A program made the position numbers and the translations under genes. From the NCBI GenBank assembly GCA_963762255.1, contig CAVXKA010000001.1, forward strand, positions 1,024,001 through 1,088,000: a DNA stretch of 64,000 nt, given 5' to 3'. Positions 50,264 to 59,551 of the stretch are shown here, piece by piece. The notes beneath the pieces were generated by a model, which was not told where the DNA came from, did not search any database, and saw only the letters and a program-made list of their open reading frames with translations. Origin of the DNA: Candidatus Eiseniibacteriota bacterium (GTDB lineage Bacteria; Eisenbacteria; RBG-16-71-46; JABDJR01). The first letter of the stretch is position 1; every line of letters starts with the position of its first letter.

Positions 50264-51694
50264 TCAGAGCTTACTCCTCGCCTCCCCCAAGCCGTCAGCG
50301 GGATCCAGATCCCCGACATAGTAGTCCAGCAGTCGACCCTGCCAGAGTACGTTGTACCGCGCGCTCACCAAGCCGCTCTCCGCGGCTACGAAGTCGGATC
50401 GCGAAAGCGTCACCTCGTAGAGCGTGGCCGCCCCGGCCGCGTAGCGTTCGTTCGTCGAGTCCAGCGCCTGCCGTGACGCTCGGGCGCGCGCGTCCGCGGC
50501 CCGCAGCCTCTCGTGGGCCGTATTCCAATCCAGGACCGCGCGCCGGACTTGCAGCGCCACTTCCTGCTCCACGTCGGACTCGGTCAACTGCGCGTTGTCC
50601 CGGCTGATCTGTGCGCGACGGACTCCGTTGCGCGCGGCGAACCGATCGAAGAGGGGCACGGAGACCGAGAGCCCGACGGAACCCGATCGCCGCAGATCGA
50701 GCTGGTCGAAGAAGGCGCCGTCGGCGGTGCCGGAGTATCCCGTTCCGTAGTCCGCGGAGAGGGAGAGCGCCGGCCAGTACTCGGCCTTCGCCGACCGCAC
50801 CTGCTCTCCGGCGGCAACCGAGCGGTCCGCTACGGCGGCAGCGTCCGCCCGCGTCCGCGCGGCGCGCTCGAGCAACGCGCTCAGATCGGGCTCCGAAGTG
50901 TCCGCATCGATCTCCGGCACCGGCGGAATCTCAAAGTCATAGACGCCCGTCGGATCGAGCTGAAGCACCTGGACCAGATCGACCCGGCTGAGTTCGAGCG
51001 TCCTTCGGCTCTCCACCGACGACAGTTGCGCCGCGGCGACGTTCGACTCCTGCTGGTACAGCTCGGAGATCGGTCGCTGGCCTTCTTCGACGAGGGCGCG
51101 CACGGACTTTTCCTGCTCCTGCTGGGCGGCCAGGTTCTCCGCCTGCACGCGGACCTGCTCGGTCGCTTCGATCATCGCGAGGTAGCCGGTGATCACCTGG
51201 AAGACCACGGTCTGGCGGGAACGTTCCAGGTCCTTCACTCCCGCCGCCTCTTCGAGACGAGCCGCGCGCAGCTCGGCGACGCGCGCCAGGCCGTCGAAGA
51301 GAACCACGCTCGAGGACAGTCCCGCGCCGAACGATGTGCCGGACTCGGTCCCGGATTGCGCGTAGGACTTGGATCCCGACAGGCCTAGCTGAAGGTCCGG
51401 GAGGAATCGCATCGTCGCGTCCGACACGGCGGCGCGGCTCATGGCGGTCTCGTTCTCGGCCCGCAAGACGGAGCTGTTCTGCTTGAGCGCGATCTCGATG
51501 GCTTCGGACAGTGAAATGCGCCGCGGCTCCGCGACCGCCCCTGCTTCGACGGCGCATGGTGCGGGTAGCACGCCGAAGAGCAGAAAAGCGGTGAGGGTGA
51601 GCGCCCCCGTGCGGAAGCCGCGGCGCTGGGATGATCGCCTCCTATCCCAAGCCCATGCCGATGCCATCTCTCTCATGTGCAGTTCCCCCGTCAC
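50264..51694 (-). CDS. TolC family outer-membrane protein
   Basis: ISLSEAIEIAL, VPLFD and ERYAAGAAT motifs. Confidence 0.88.
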   Translation of the reverse strand: MTGELHMREMASAWAWDRRRSSQRRGFRTGALTLTAFLLFGVLPAPCAVEAGAVAEPRRISLSEAIEIALKQNSSVLRAENETAMSRAAVSDATMRFLPDLQLGLSGSKSYAQSGTESGTSFGAGLSSSVVLFDGLARVAELRAARLEEAAGVKDLERSRQTVVFQVITGYLAMIEATEQVRVQAENLAAQQEQEKSVRALVEEGQRPISELYQQESNVAAAQLSSVESRRTLELSRVDLVQVLQLDPTGVYDFEIPPVPEIDADTSEPDLSALLERAARTRADAAAVADRSVAAGEQVRSAKAEYWPALSLSADYGTGYSGTADGAFFDQLDLRRSGSVGLSVSVPLFDRFAARNGVRRAQISRDNAQLTESDVEQEVALQVRRAVLDWNTAHERLRAADARARASRQALDSTNERYAAGAATLYEVTLSRSDFVAAESGLVSARYNVLWQGRLLDYYVGDLDPADGLGEARSKL

Positions 51695-52908
51695 TCGTAG
51701 CGCAGCGCTTCGATGGGATCCAGCCCGGCGGCGCGTCGGGCCGGGTAGTAACCGAAGAACACTCCCACCGATCCGGCGAAGACCAGCGCGATCAGCACGG
51801 TGCCCGGGGAGACCGCGGTCTTCCAGCCGGTGAACGTGCCGAGCAACGCGCTCCCGCCGACGCCGACGGCGACGCCGATCAGCCCGCCGGCCAGGCTGAT
51901 CACGATGCTCTCGACCAGGAATTGGGCCAGGATATCCGCGCCGCGCGCGCCGAGCGCCATTCGCAGCCCGATCTCGCGGGTTCGCTCGGTTACGGACACG
52001 AGCATGATGTTCATGATGCCGATGCCGCCCACGACCAGGGAGATGCTGGCGATGGCGGAGAGGAGCAGGGTCATCACCTGGGTCGTCTGCTGGGCGGTGG
52101 CGGCGAGATCGCTTTGAGTTCGAACCGTGAAGTCGTCCGGCTCGTTGCCGCCGAGCTCATGCGCCTCACGCATGATCGCCCGGGCCTCGTCCTGACCGGA
52201 GGCGATGTCCTGCGACGAGGACGTGCTGACCAGAATCTGCGTGATGAAGGTGTGGCCCGACAACCGGTTCTGCACCGTCGTGTAGGGTGCGATGATCACG
52301 TCGTCCTGATCCGCGCCCTCCGCGGTCTGACCCTTGCGCTGGAGCACTCCTATGACCTTGAAGGGGACGCTGCGGATCTGTATCTGACCGCCGACCGCGT
52401 CGCCCAACGGGAACAGGTTGTCGGCGACGGTCTTCCCCAGCACCGCCACCTTTCGCATCGCGCGTACGTCACCGGCGTCGACGAAGACGCCGGAGTCGAG
52501 CCCCCAACTGCGGATCGTCTGGTAGTCTGGGTGCACGCCGAAGATGAACGTGCGCCAGTTCCCCTGGCCTCCGATCACCTGAGCCCGCGTCGTGACCACC
52601 GGAGACACCGCGGAGAGCAGGAGACTCTGATTGCGCAGCCGTTCGGCGTCCTCGATGGTGAGGCGGTTGAAACTCTGCGCGCCCTGGCTCACTCCGGCCT
52701 GGGTCGTGGCGCCGGGCGTGATCACCAGCATGTTGGTGCCGAGGCCGCGGATGCGTTCCTCGATCTGCCGCTGGGCCCCGCCGCCGATCGCCACCATCAG
52801 GATGACCGCCCCCACGCCGATGATGATCCCCAGCATGGTGAGCAGGGTCCGCATCTTCTTCTTCACGATGCTCTGTCCAGCGATTCGGACGAGAATGGCG
52901 TTTCTCAT
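51691..52908 (-). CDS. MacB-like ABC permease
   Basis: RTLLTMLGIIIGV, GGIGIMNIMLVSVTERTREIG and PIEALRYE motifs. Confidence 0.94.
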   Translation of the reverse strand: MRNAILVRIAGQSIVKKKMRTLLTMLGIIIGVGAVILMVAIGGGAQRQIEERIRGLGTNMLVITPGATTQAGVSQGAQSFNRLTIEDAERLRNQSLLLSAVSPVVTTRAQVIGGQGNWRTFIFGVHPDYQTIRSWGLDSGVFVDAGDVRAMRKVAVLGKTVADNLFPLGDAVGGQIQIRSVPFKVIGVLQRKGQTAEGADQDDVIIAPYTTVQNRLSGHTFITQILVSTSSSQDIASGQDEARAIMREAHELGGNEPDDFTVRTQSDLAATAQQTTQVMTLLLSAIASISLVVGGIGIMNIMLVSVTERTREIGLRMALGARGADILAQFLVESIVISLAGGLIGVAVGVGGSALLGTFTGWKTAVSPGTVLIALVFAGSVGVFFGYYPARRAAGLDPIEALRYE

Positions 52909-53663
52909 GATGTGCTCGCCGCGGCGGGGAGTTCCATGGATTCGATATCTCGCGCGGCGTCGCGACGATCCGTCACCGGCACGTCCCGGATGACGCGCCC
53001 GTCGCGCAGCTCGATCACGCGCCGCGCGTAGCGGGCGATGTCCGGCTCGTGCGTGACGAGGATGGTGGTCATTCCCTCGGCATTGAGCTCCTGAAAGAGC
53101 CCCATCACCTCGAGCGACGTGCGGGTGTCGAGGTTTCCGGTCGGCTCGTCCGCCAGAAGAAGTGCGGGGCGCGTGACGAGCGCTCGCGCGATGGCGACCC
53201 GCTGCTGCTGACCGCCCGAGAGCTCGCCAGGTTCGTGCTCCGCGCGGTCCCCCAGACCGACGCGGCGGAGCGCCTCCTGCGACAGGCGGCGCGTGTCCAG
53301 ACGACGGCCGGTGCGGTCGTATAGAAGCGGGATCTCCACGTTCTCAGTTGCGCTCGTTCGCGCCAGGAGATTGAAGGTCTGGAACACGAATCCGATCCGT
53401 CGATTGCGCAGGTCCGCGAGCTGATCGCGGTTCATCTCTTCGACCCGGGTTCCATCCAACAGATAGCTGCCGGAAGTCGGACGGTCCAGACAGCCGAGGA
53501 TGTTCATGAGCGTGGACTTCCCCGACCCCGAGGCGCCCATGATCGCGATCATCTCGCCCGGCTCCACGCGCAGCGAGACACCGCGCAGGGCGTGCACCTC
53601 GGTCTTGCCCATGCGATAGACCTTGACGAGGTCCGTGGCTTCGATGACCGGCCGCGTGTCCAT
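52905..53663 (-). CDS. MacB/LolD-like ABC ATPase
   Basis: [18 protein letters not shown] and ADEPTGNLD motifs. Confidence 0.95.
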   Translation of the reverse strand: MDTRPVIEATDLVKVYRMGKTEVHALRGVSLRVEPGEMIAIMGASGSGKSTLMNILGCLDRPTSGSYLLDGTRVEEMNRDQLADLRNRRIGFVFQTFNLLARTSATENVEIPLLYDRTGRRLDTRRLSQEALRRVGLGDRAEHEPGELSGGQQQRVAIARALVTRPALLLADEPTGNLDTRTSLEVMGLFQELNAEGMTTILVTHEPDIARYARRVIELRDGRVIRDVPVTDRRDAARDIESMELPAAASTS

Positions 53664-53674
53664 GTGCGTTTTCC

Positions 53675-54868
53675 CTACATTCCCGGAGGCGGGGGACCGG
53701 GCATGCTCCGGCTCTGCTGGGTCTGGAACGGATTGACGCCGGTGGAGGATGCGGTCCCGTTGGAGATCGAGGCGATGACCTGCATGCCTTCCTTGATGCC
53801 CGAGCCGCTGATCTCCGTGTACTGGCCGTCGCTGATGCCGGTCTGAACCGGCGTCGCGGCAGGCTTGCCGGCGTTGTCGAGGATCCAGAGTCGGATCGTC
53901 GCGCCCGCGGAGCCCACTTCGGTCCTCGTGCGCGGGCCGCCGGCCGCCGCCAGCATGTCCGAGGTCGGTGTGAACCGCAGGGCGGTGTTGGAGACCTTGA
54001 GGACGTCGGTAGCCTCGGCGACGATGAACTCCGCGGTGGCGGTCATGCCCGGCAGCAGGCGACCGTCCGGATTGGCCACCGACACGACGACCGTATAGCT
54101 GACGACGTTGTCCTGGGTGGTCGGTTGCAGCCGCAGCTGCCTCACCGTGCCGGCGAACGTCTCGTTCGGGTAGGCCTGCACGGTGAACTCGACTCGCTGG
54201 CCCTCATGAATTGTTCCGATGTCGCTCTCGTCCACGGAAGCGAGGATCTCCATCGCGGCGAGATCGCCGGCGATGAGGAAGATCTGCGGCGCGGAGAGGC
54301 TGGCGGCGACGGTCTGTCCCACATCGACGGTGCGGGCCAGGACCACGCCGTCGACGGGGGCGCGCACCTCCGCATAGCTCAAGTTCTGACGCGCGCGCTC
54401 CAGGTTCACTTCCGCCGAGGTGAGAGAGGCCTGCGCCACCGTGTACTGGTACAGAGCGGTGGCGTGCTCGCTCTCGGTGCTGACCTGACGCTCGAAGAGA
54501 CGCTCGATCCGGTCCTTCTCCTGGGTGGCCTGCGTGAGCTCGGCTTGGCCGCGCAGCAGCTCCGCCTCCGCGGATCGCACCGCCTGTTTCAGGAGCGTGG
54601 GATCGACGAGCGCGATGAGTTGACCCGCGGTGACGCGATCGTTGAAGTCCGCGTAGATCGCGGTGATCTTGCCCGAAACCTGCGTGCCGACCTCCACGGT
54701 CTTGATCGCCTGGAGCTTCCCGGTGCTGGAAACCACCGAGCGCACCGTGCCTCGCGAGATCTGGACGAACCGGAACTCCGTTTCGCTCGAGCGCCCCTGG
54801 CTCACGATCACCCAGGCGGCGACCGCGGCGATGGCGATGAGTGCGGGAATGACGATCTTCTTCTTCAT
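53675..54868 (-). CDS. MacA-like periplasmic adaptor
   Basis: VEVGTQVSGKI, RAPVDGVV, GQTVAASL and LLPGMTA motifs. Confidence 0.92.
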   Translation of the reverse strand: MKKKIVIPALIAIAAVAAWVIVSQGRSSETEFRFVQISRGTVRSVVSSTGKLQAIKTVEVGTQVSGKITAIYADFNDRVTAGQLIALVDPTLLKQAVRSAEAELLRGQAELTQATQEKDRIERLFERQVSTESEHATALYQYTVAQASLTSAEVNLERARQNLSYAEVRAPVDGVVLARTVDVGQTVAASLSAPQIFLIAGDLAAMEILASVDESDIGTIHEGQRVEFTVQAYPNETFAGTVRQLRLQPTTQDNVVSYTVVVSVANPDGRLLPGMTATAEFIVAEATDVLKVSNTALRFTPTSDMLAAAGGPRTRTEVGSAGATIRLWILDNAGKPAATPVQTGISDGQYTEISGSGIKEGMQVIASISNGTASSTGVNPFQTQQSRSMPGPPPPGM

Positions 54869-54890
54869 GGCCTCTCTCCGTCGCTGACGC

Positions 54891-55790
54891 TCACTCCGAC
54901 CCGGCGGCCGTGCTCAAGAGCACGGAGATCCACAGGTTGAGCGGCTCGCTTGCTTCAGGTCCGCCGCCGGCGCCTGGTCCGCGGCCTCCCGGTCCACCCA
55001 TGCCGCCACCGGGCCCGCCACCCATCCCACCACCGGGGCCGCCCATGCCGCCACCGGGCCCGCCGCCCATGCCGCCTTCGGGTCCACCGTCGCCCATATC
55101 GCCGCCCAGCCCTCCGGTTCCGCGTCCACCCTTGGGGCGGCCGGCCGGTCGCGTCATCTCCGCGGTCTCGATCCCCACCGCCAGGATTCCCTTCTCCGAA
55201 GCTCCGATTGCGTACGGCGTCTCCGCGGTCTTGTGGAACGGCACCTTGATCTCGAAGGCGAGAAGACCCTTCGACAGGTTCATCGCGACTTCGATCCCGC
55301 CTTCGCCCGGCTTGAGCACGTGCCCCGCACCGCCCTTCGGATCCACGATCTCGAGTTCTTTCGGGAGATCCTTGAATGCCTCCCCCAGGAAATCGGGCGC
55401 GCCGCCCTTGCCGGGGGACGGCATCAGGAGACGGCGCTCCTCATCTTTCAGAGTGCGCGGGTAGCGGATCCCGAACTGCTTTTCCTTCTTGCCGGTGGGG
55501 TTGAACCAGATCGTGAATCCCCCGGTCAGCACCTGGGCGAGGGCCCCGCGATCCTCGGTGAAGAGCGCGATGTAGAGATTCGTGTCGTCGTTCTGCAGGC
55601 CGACGCTGATCTGCTGATCTTCGAAGTACGTGATCGCGCCGTCCCATTCCGTGTTCTGCGCGTCGATCGCTACGTCACCGCCGCTCCACCGGCTCCAAAA
55701 CTTCTCTCCTCCACAACCGACGATCGCGACGGCGGCGATTGCTGCGATCCAGACCGCCAGGGTTCCGCTTCCTCTTCTCTGCGATGCCAT
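54891..55790 (-). CDS. Lipoprotein with a Gly/Met/Pro-rich low-complexity segment
   Basis: Lipobox IVG-C; carbohydrate-binding-like beta domain (IDAQNTEW, NDDTNLYI); GGMGGPGG repeats. Confidence 0.65.
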   Translation of the reverse strand: MASQRRGSGTLAVWIAAIAAVAIVGCGGEKFWSRWSGGDVAIDAQNTEWDGAITYFEDQQISVGLQNDDTNLYIALFTEDRGALAQVLTGGFTIWFNPTGKKEKQFGIRYPRTLKDEERRLLMPSPGKGGAPDFLGEAFKDLPKELEIVDPKGGAGHVLKPGEGGIEVAMNLSKGLLAFEIKVPFHKTAETPYAIGASEKGILAVGIETAEMTRPAGRPKGGRGTGGLGGDMGDGGPEGGMGGGPGGGMGGPGGGMGGGPGGGMGGPGGRGPGAGGGPEASEPLNLWISVLLSTAAGSE

Positions 55791-55890
55791 GAACTTCGTC
55801 TCCTCTCGCGACGTCGGGGTTGACGGCGGGGGAGTCGAGTTCGACGGAGGGGAACTCCCGGGCCTGTCTCGCGACATAGGAGTGCCATCC

Positions 55891-55993
55891 GCAGGAAGCG
55901 TGCCGAGGCTCTCTGCCCGATTCGATGGGGGCTCGGGGATTCAGCGGCGTGCTGAAGCTGTCGATTCCGCAGCGGGACTGCGGAATCGACAGC
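55891..55993 (-). promoter_or_regulatory. Sigma54-type promoter and upstream 16-bp inverted repeat
   Basis: Minus strand CGGCACGCTTCCTGC (55905-55891); GCTGTCGATTCCGCAG-N5-CTGCGGAATCGACAGC (55957-55993). Confidence 0.6.
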
Positions 55994-56031
55994 GGGCGAG
56001 GAGGGATGCGACGAGGCTCTCGGGCGGCGGA

Positions 56032-57366
56032 TCAGCCCTTCGGCTTGGCCTTGTCCGCGCCAAGCTTGAAGTCGAACGGGATGACGATCTCGGTTGCGAC
56101 CGGCTTGCCGTCCTTCATGGCCGGCGTGAACCGCCATTGCCGGGTCGCCTGCGTGGCGGCGTCGGTGAAGGAGGGCCATTCCTTCACGACCTGGGCAGGG
56201 ACGATCTTGGAGATCTCCCCCTTCTCGTTCAGCGTCACGGTAAGGAGAACCCGGCCCTCGGCCCCGGCCTTGAGGGCGTCTTCGGGGTACTTGGGCGGGA
56301 CCTGGTGGATCACGGTCGGCTGCACCAGTGCGGTGTCGGATGCGGCCGGATCCCCCGCACGCACGTTGAGCGGCAACAATGACCCGGCGATGAGGAGCAT
56401 CGCCGCGCCGGCGAGGATGAGTCGGTAACGGAGCATGGGTACGGTCCTCCATGAGGTGGATAGGCGGTCGAGCCGCCGTCGGATGAGTCCTTCGCCGCCG
56501 TCCCCCAGGGTCGAGGTGAGCGCGGCAGGGGCGAACCCCAGCTTCATGGCGCGGGCCAGGGCACGTGTATAGACCGCGGGCGACACGCCGCGGCGCAGTG
56601 CGCTCTCGTCGCAGGCGAACTCCGCGGACTCGTGCATCCTCCGCAGCAGCCAGTGGAGAGGCGGATAGAAGAAGAACCATCCGGCGATCAGGCGTTGCGC
56701 CAGAGCGCGCAGGGGATCGAACCGGCGGCGGTGCGCGTCCTCGTGCAGCAGGATGGCCCGCAGCTCCTCGCGAGGGAGAAGCTCCACGAGCCGCAGGGGC
56801 AAGATGATCGCGGGCCGGAGGAAGCCGGTCACCGCCGGCATCACCGAGCCCTCGGTGATGCGCACGCGACCGGCGGGGATACCGTGTGCGCGGGTGAGCG
56901 AGGCGAGCTTGCCGCTCAACGGATCGGGGAGCGCGTCGATGGGCCCGCCGAGGCCTCGGCGGGCGGCGCGCAGATCGGCGAGCAAACGGGCCATCGACCA
57001 CGCGACTCCGCCGACCCAGAGTGCGGTGACGGCGCCTAGAAGCGTCGCGGGGATCGCCCCGTGAGCCGCACCGGCGCTCGCATGCCGCGCGGGATCGAGC
57101 AGCGCGCGCACCGGCGCGAGCATGTGGAGGGGAGCGGATACGGCATCGAAGCGTTCCCCCGCCGCGAGCGTGACGGCGCCCAGGAGGCCCAGGGGCAGCC
57201 AGAGCTTGAGAAATCCGAGGCTCCACAGGAGTTCGGCGGTGCGGGCCGGCGCCCGGCGCAGTCCACGACTCAACAGCGCGAGCGCGGCGAGCACGAGCGT
57301 GCTCTGCCACAGATGCGTGAGGATCCCGACCCAGAACGCGAGAAGGAGGGGCTGCGCATCGCTCAT
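56032..57366 (-). CDS. BlaR1/M56 family sensor-peptidase fused to a TonB C-terminal domain
   Basis: HEDAH, EFACDE and IRRRL motifs; C-terminal PKYPEDALKAGAEGRV...WRFTPA..DGKPV. Confidence 0.9.
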   Translation of the reverse strand: MSDAQPLLLAFWVGILTHLWQSTLVLAALALLSRGLRRAPARTAELLWSLGFLKLWLPLGLLGAVTLAAGERFDAVSAPLHMLAPVRALLDPARHASAGAAHGAIPATLLGAVTALWVGGVAWSMARLLADLRAARRGLGGPIDALPDPLSGKLASLTRAHGIPAGRVRITEGSVMPAVTGFLRPAIILPLRLVELLPREELRAILLHEDAHRRRFDPLRALAQRLIAGWFFFYPPLHWLLRRMHESAEFACDESALRRGVSPAVYTRALARAMKLGFAPAALTSTLGDGGEGLIRRRLDRLSTSWRTVPMLRYRLILAGAAMLLIAGSLLPLNVRAGDPAASDTALVQPTVIHQVPPKYPEDALKAGAEGRVLLTVTLNEKGEISKIVPAQVVKEWPSFTDAATQATRQWRFTPAMKDGKPVATEIVIPFDFKLGADKAKPKG

Positions 57367-57755
57367 CGCTTGGTCCTCGCGCGCGGAGTGCGCTTGGGCA
57401 ATCCCTCCTCGATCGCCTTGAGATCCTCCACGGACATCGCGTCCATCTCGGCGAGGTGAGCGACAAGCGGCGCGGCCGATCCGTCGAAGAGCGTGTCGAG
57501 GAACCGGCGGATCTCCTTGCGGATCATGGCCGGCGCGGAGACGGTGGAGCGATAGACCCAGGCCTTGCCGTCCTGGCGCACGCGCTCGATCGCGCCCTTT
57601 TCCTCGAGCCGCTCCATGATCTTGCGCACGGTGGAGTAGCTGGGGGAGGCGGGGAGCGAGGCGTGAACGTCGCGCACGGAGCCCTCGCCGAGGACCCACA
57701 GGCGGCGCAAGCACTGGATTTCGAACCGGGAGAGATCCGGAAGAGAGCGTTTCAA
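57363..57755 (-). CDS. BlaI/MecI/CopY family repressor (TTG start inferred)
   Basis: LSRFEIQCLRRLW, SYSTVRKIMERLEEKG and FDGSAAPLVAHL motifs. Confidence 0.9.
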   Translation of the reverse strand: MKRSLPDLSRFEIQCLRRLWVLGEGSVRDVHASLPASPSYSTVRKIMERLEEKGAIERVRQDGKAWVYRSTVSAPAMIRKEIRRFLDTLFDGSAAPLVAHLAEMDAMSVEDLKAIEEGLPKRTPRARTKR

Positions 57756-57792
57756 GCGGTGATTCCCAAGCCCGGGAAGATCAACGCCCGAT

Positions 57793-57821
57793 AGTATGCG
57801 ACAAGTGTCGCATAAGGTCAA
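57793..57821 (-). promoter_or_regulatory. blaI-like promoter with a palindromic operator
   Basis: TTGACC-17 bp-CATACT enclosing TATGCGACA-AG-TGTCGCATA (57795-57814). Confidence 0.8.
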
Positions 57822-57851
57822 GCGGGAAGTGTCGACGCGCCGGGCCGGCCC

Positions 57852-59396
57852 CTAGTGCGTCGCGGAGCCCGCCGGCTCCACCAGCGCGGCCAGCTTCGTC
57901 CCCGACGCGGCCTGCACGTCCCTGTGGAGCGAGCCGCCGTGGCTATCCATGGTGACCATGGCCGGGAAGTTCTCGACCTCGATCTCCCACATCGCCTCGG
58001 GGGTGCCGAACTCCAGAAGATGGACCGCGGTCACCTGTTGGATGCAGCGGGCGTAGTACTGCGCCGCCCCACCGATGGCATTCAGGTACACCGCGCCGTG
58101 CTCCTTGAGCCCGGCCAGCGTCTTGGGCCCCATGCCCCCCTTGCCGATCACCGCGCGGATGCCGAAGCGACCGATGACGTCGGCCTGATAGGGCTCTTCG
58201 CGGATGCTGGTCGTGGGCCCCGCCGCGGTCATGATCCACTTCTCGCCTTCCTTCATCACCACGGGTCCGCAGTGGTAGAGCGCGGCGCCTCGCAGATCCA
58301 CCGGCGCGTCGTGCTTCATGAGGTAGGCGTGTACCGCGTCGCGCCCCGTCACCATGCGACCGTTCAAGAGCACGATGTCGCCCACGTGCAGCTCGCGCAC
58401 CTGCGCCTCGGTCAACGGCATCGTCAAGACCTTCTCCTGGCCGGTGCGCGTGAACCCGGCACCGGTGGCCATCGGCTTGATCGGCTCGTCGCGATAGAGC
58501 CAGCGTTTGATCGCGCCGGTCTTGGCGTCGAGCACGACGCCGAGGCGCCGATAGGCCCAGCAGTCGTAGGCGACGGACACGAAGAACGAGGCGGGCAGCC
58601 GGTTCAGGACGCCGATCTTGCAGCCCAGGAGCGTGACTGCGCCGCCGAAGCCCATCGTCCCGATGCCGAGCGTGTTGGCCGACTCCAGGATCTGCGCTTC
58701 AAGCGACGCCAGCTCCGCAACCGGGTTCACGTCGTCGAGCGTGCGGAAGAGCTGCTTCTTGGCGTGTTCGTAGCCGTTCGCGCGGTCGCCGCCGATGCAC
58801 ACGCCGATCGCTCCCGCGCTGCAACCATGTCCCTGCGCCTGCCACACCGCGTGGAGGATGCACTTGCGCACGCCCTCCAGCGTGCGGTCGGCGCGGCCCA
58901 TGTGATCGAGGTCGGCCGGCACCGAATACTGGATGTTCTTGTTCTCGCAACCGCCCCCCTTCAGGAGCAGGCGCACCTCGATCTCGTCGTCGTTCTCCCA
59001 CTGTTCGAAGTGAACGGTGGGCGTACCCGGCCCCAGGTTGTTGCCGCTGTTCTTTCCGGTGATCGAATCGACGGAGTTGGGACGGAGCTTGCCGAGCTTC
59101 GTGGCCTCGGCGAGCGCGGCCCGGATCTTTTCCCCGATCGCGATCTGACTCGCGCCCACCGGCGCCTTGATCTCGAACGTCGGCCAGCCGGTGTCCTGAC
59201 AGATCGGGCCGACGCCCTCGCAGGCGAGATCGATGTTCTCGGCGATGATGGCCAGCGCCTGAGCGCTGCGCGTGCCGGCCTCCTCCCGCTCCATTGCCCG
59301 CGTCATCGCGCGGCGCACGTCGGGGGGAAGGTTGGTCGAGGTCTCGGTGATGAGCTTGACCATCGATGCGTGCAGTTCGGCGAGGTGTTCCGGCAT
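57852..59396 (-). CDS. Class I (Fe-S) fumarate hydratase, fused alpha/beta
   Basis: ICQDTG, KGGGCEN, GRDAVH, GPTTSIR and GKGGMG motifs. Confidence 0.93.
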   Translation of the reverse strand: MPEHLAELHASMVKLITETSTNLPPDVRRAMTRAMEREEAGTRSAQALAIIAENIDLACEGVGPICQDTGWPTFEIKAPVGASQIAIGEKIRAALAEATKLGKLRPNSVDSITGKNSGNNLGPGTPTVHFEQWENDDEIEVRLLLKGGGCENKNIQYSVPADLDHMGRADRTLEGVRKCILHAVWQAQGHGCSAGAIGVCIGGDRANGYEHAKKQLFRTLDDVNPVAELASLEAQILESANTLGIGTMGFGGAVTLLGCKIGVLNRLPASFFVSVAYDCWAYRRLGVVLDAKTGAIKRWLYRDEPIKPMATGAGFTRTGQEKVLTMPLTEAQVRELHVGDIVLLNGRMVTGRDAVHAYLMKHDAPVDLRGAALYHCGPVVMKEGEKWIMTAAGPTTSIREEPYQADVIGRFGIRAVIGKGGMGPKTLAGLKEHGAVYLNAIGGAAQYYARCIQQVTAVHLLEFGTPEAMWEIEVENFPAMVTMDSHGGSLHRDVQAASGTKLAALVEPAGSATH

Positions 59397-59551
59397 TATG
59401 ATTCTCCTGAAGAAGGTGATACATGCATGATACCCGGATCCACGCCGCCGGGATGGCTCGCTTTACTCGTAAACACAATTCTCCCGCGGCGCGCCGGGGG
59501 CGCATCCAGCCCTCTAACCTTTTTCAACGTAGAGACTTATACTTGAGTTCC

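Noticed and set aside
54960-55110. GC-rich short repeats as a DNA-level element
   Set aside because: They encode the Gly/Met/Pro tract of the lipoprotein.
47403-57850. Genomic island integrated at tRNA-Asp
   Set aside because: No integrase, and I found no duplicated tRNA 3' end in the window.
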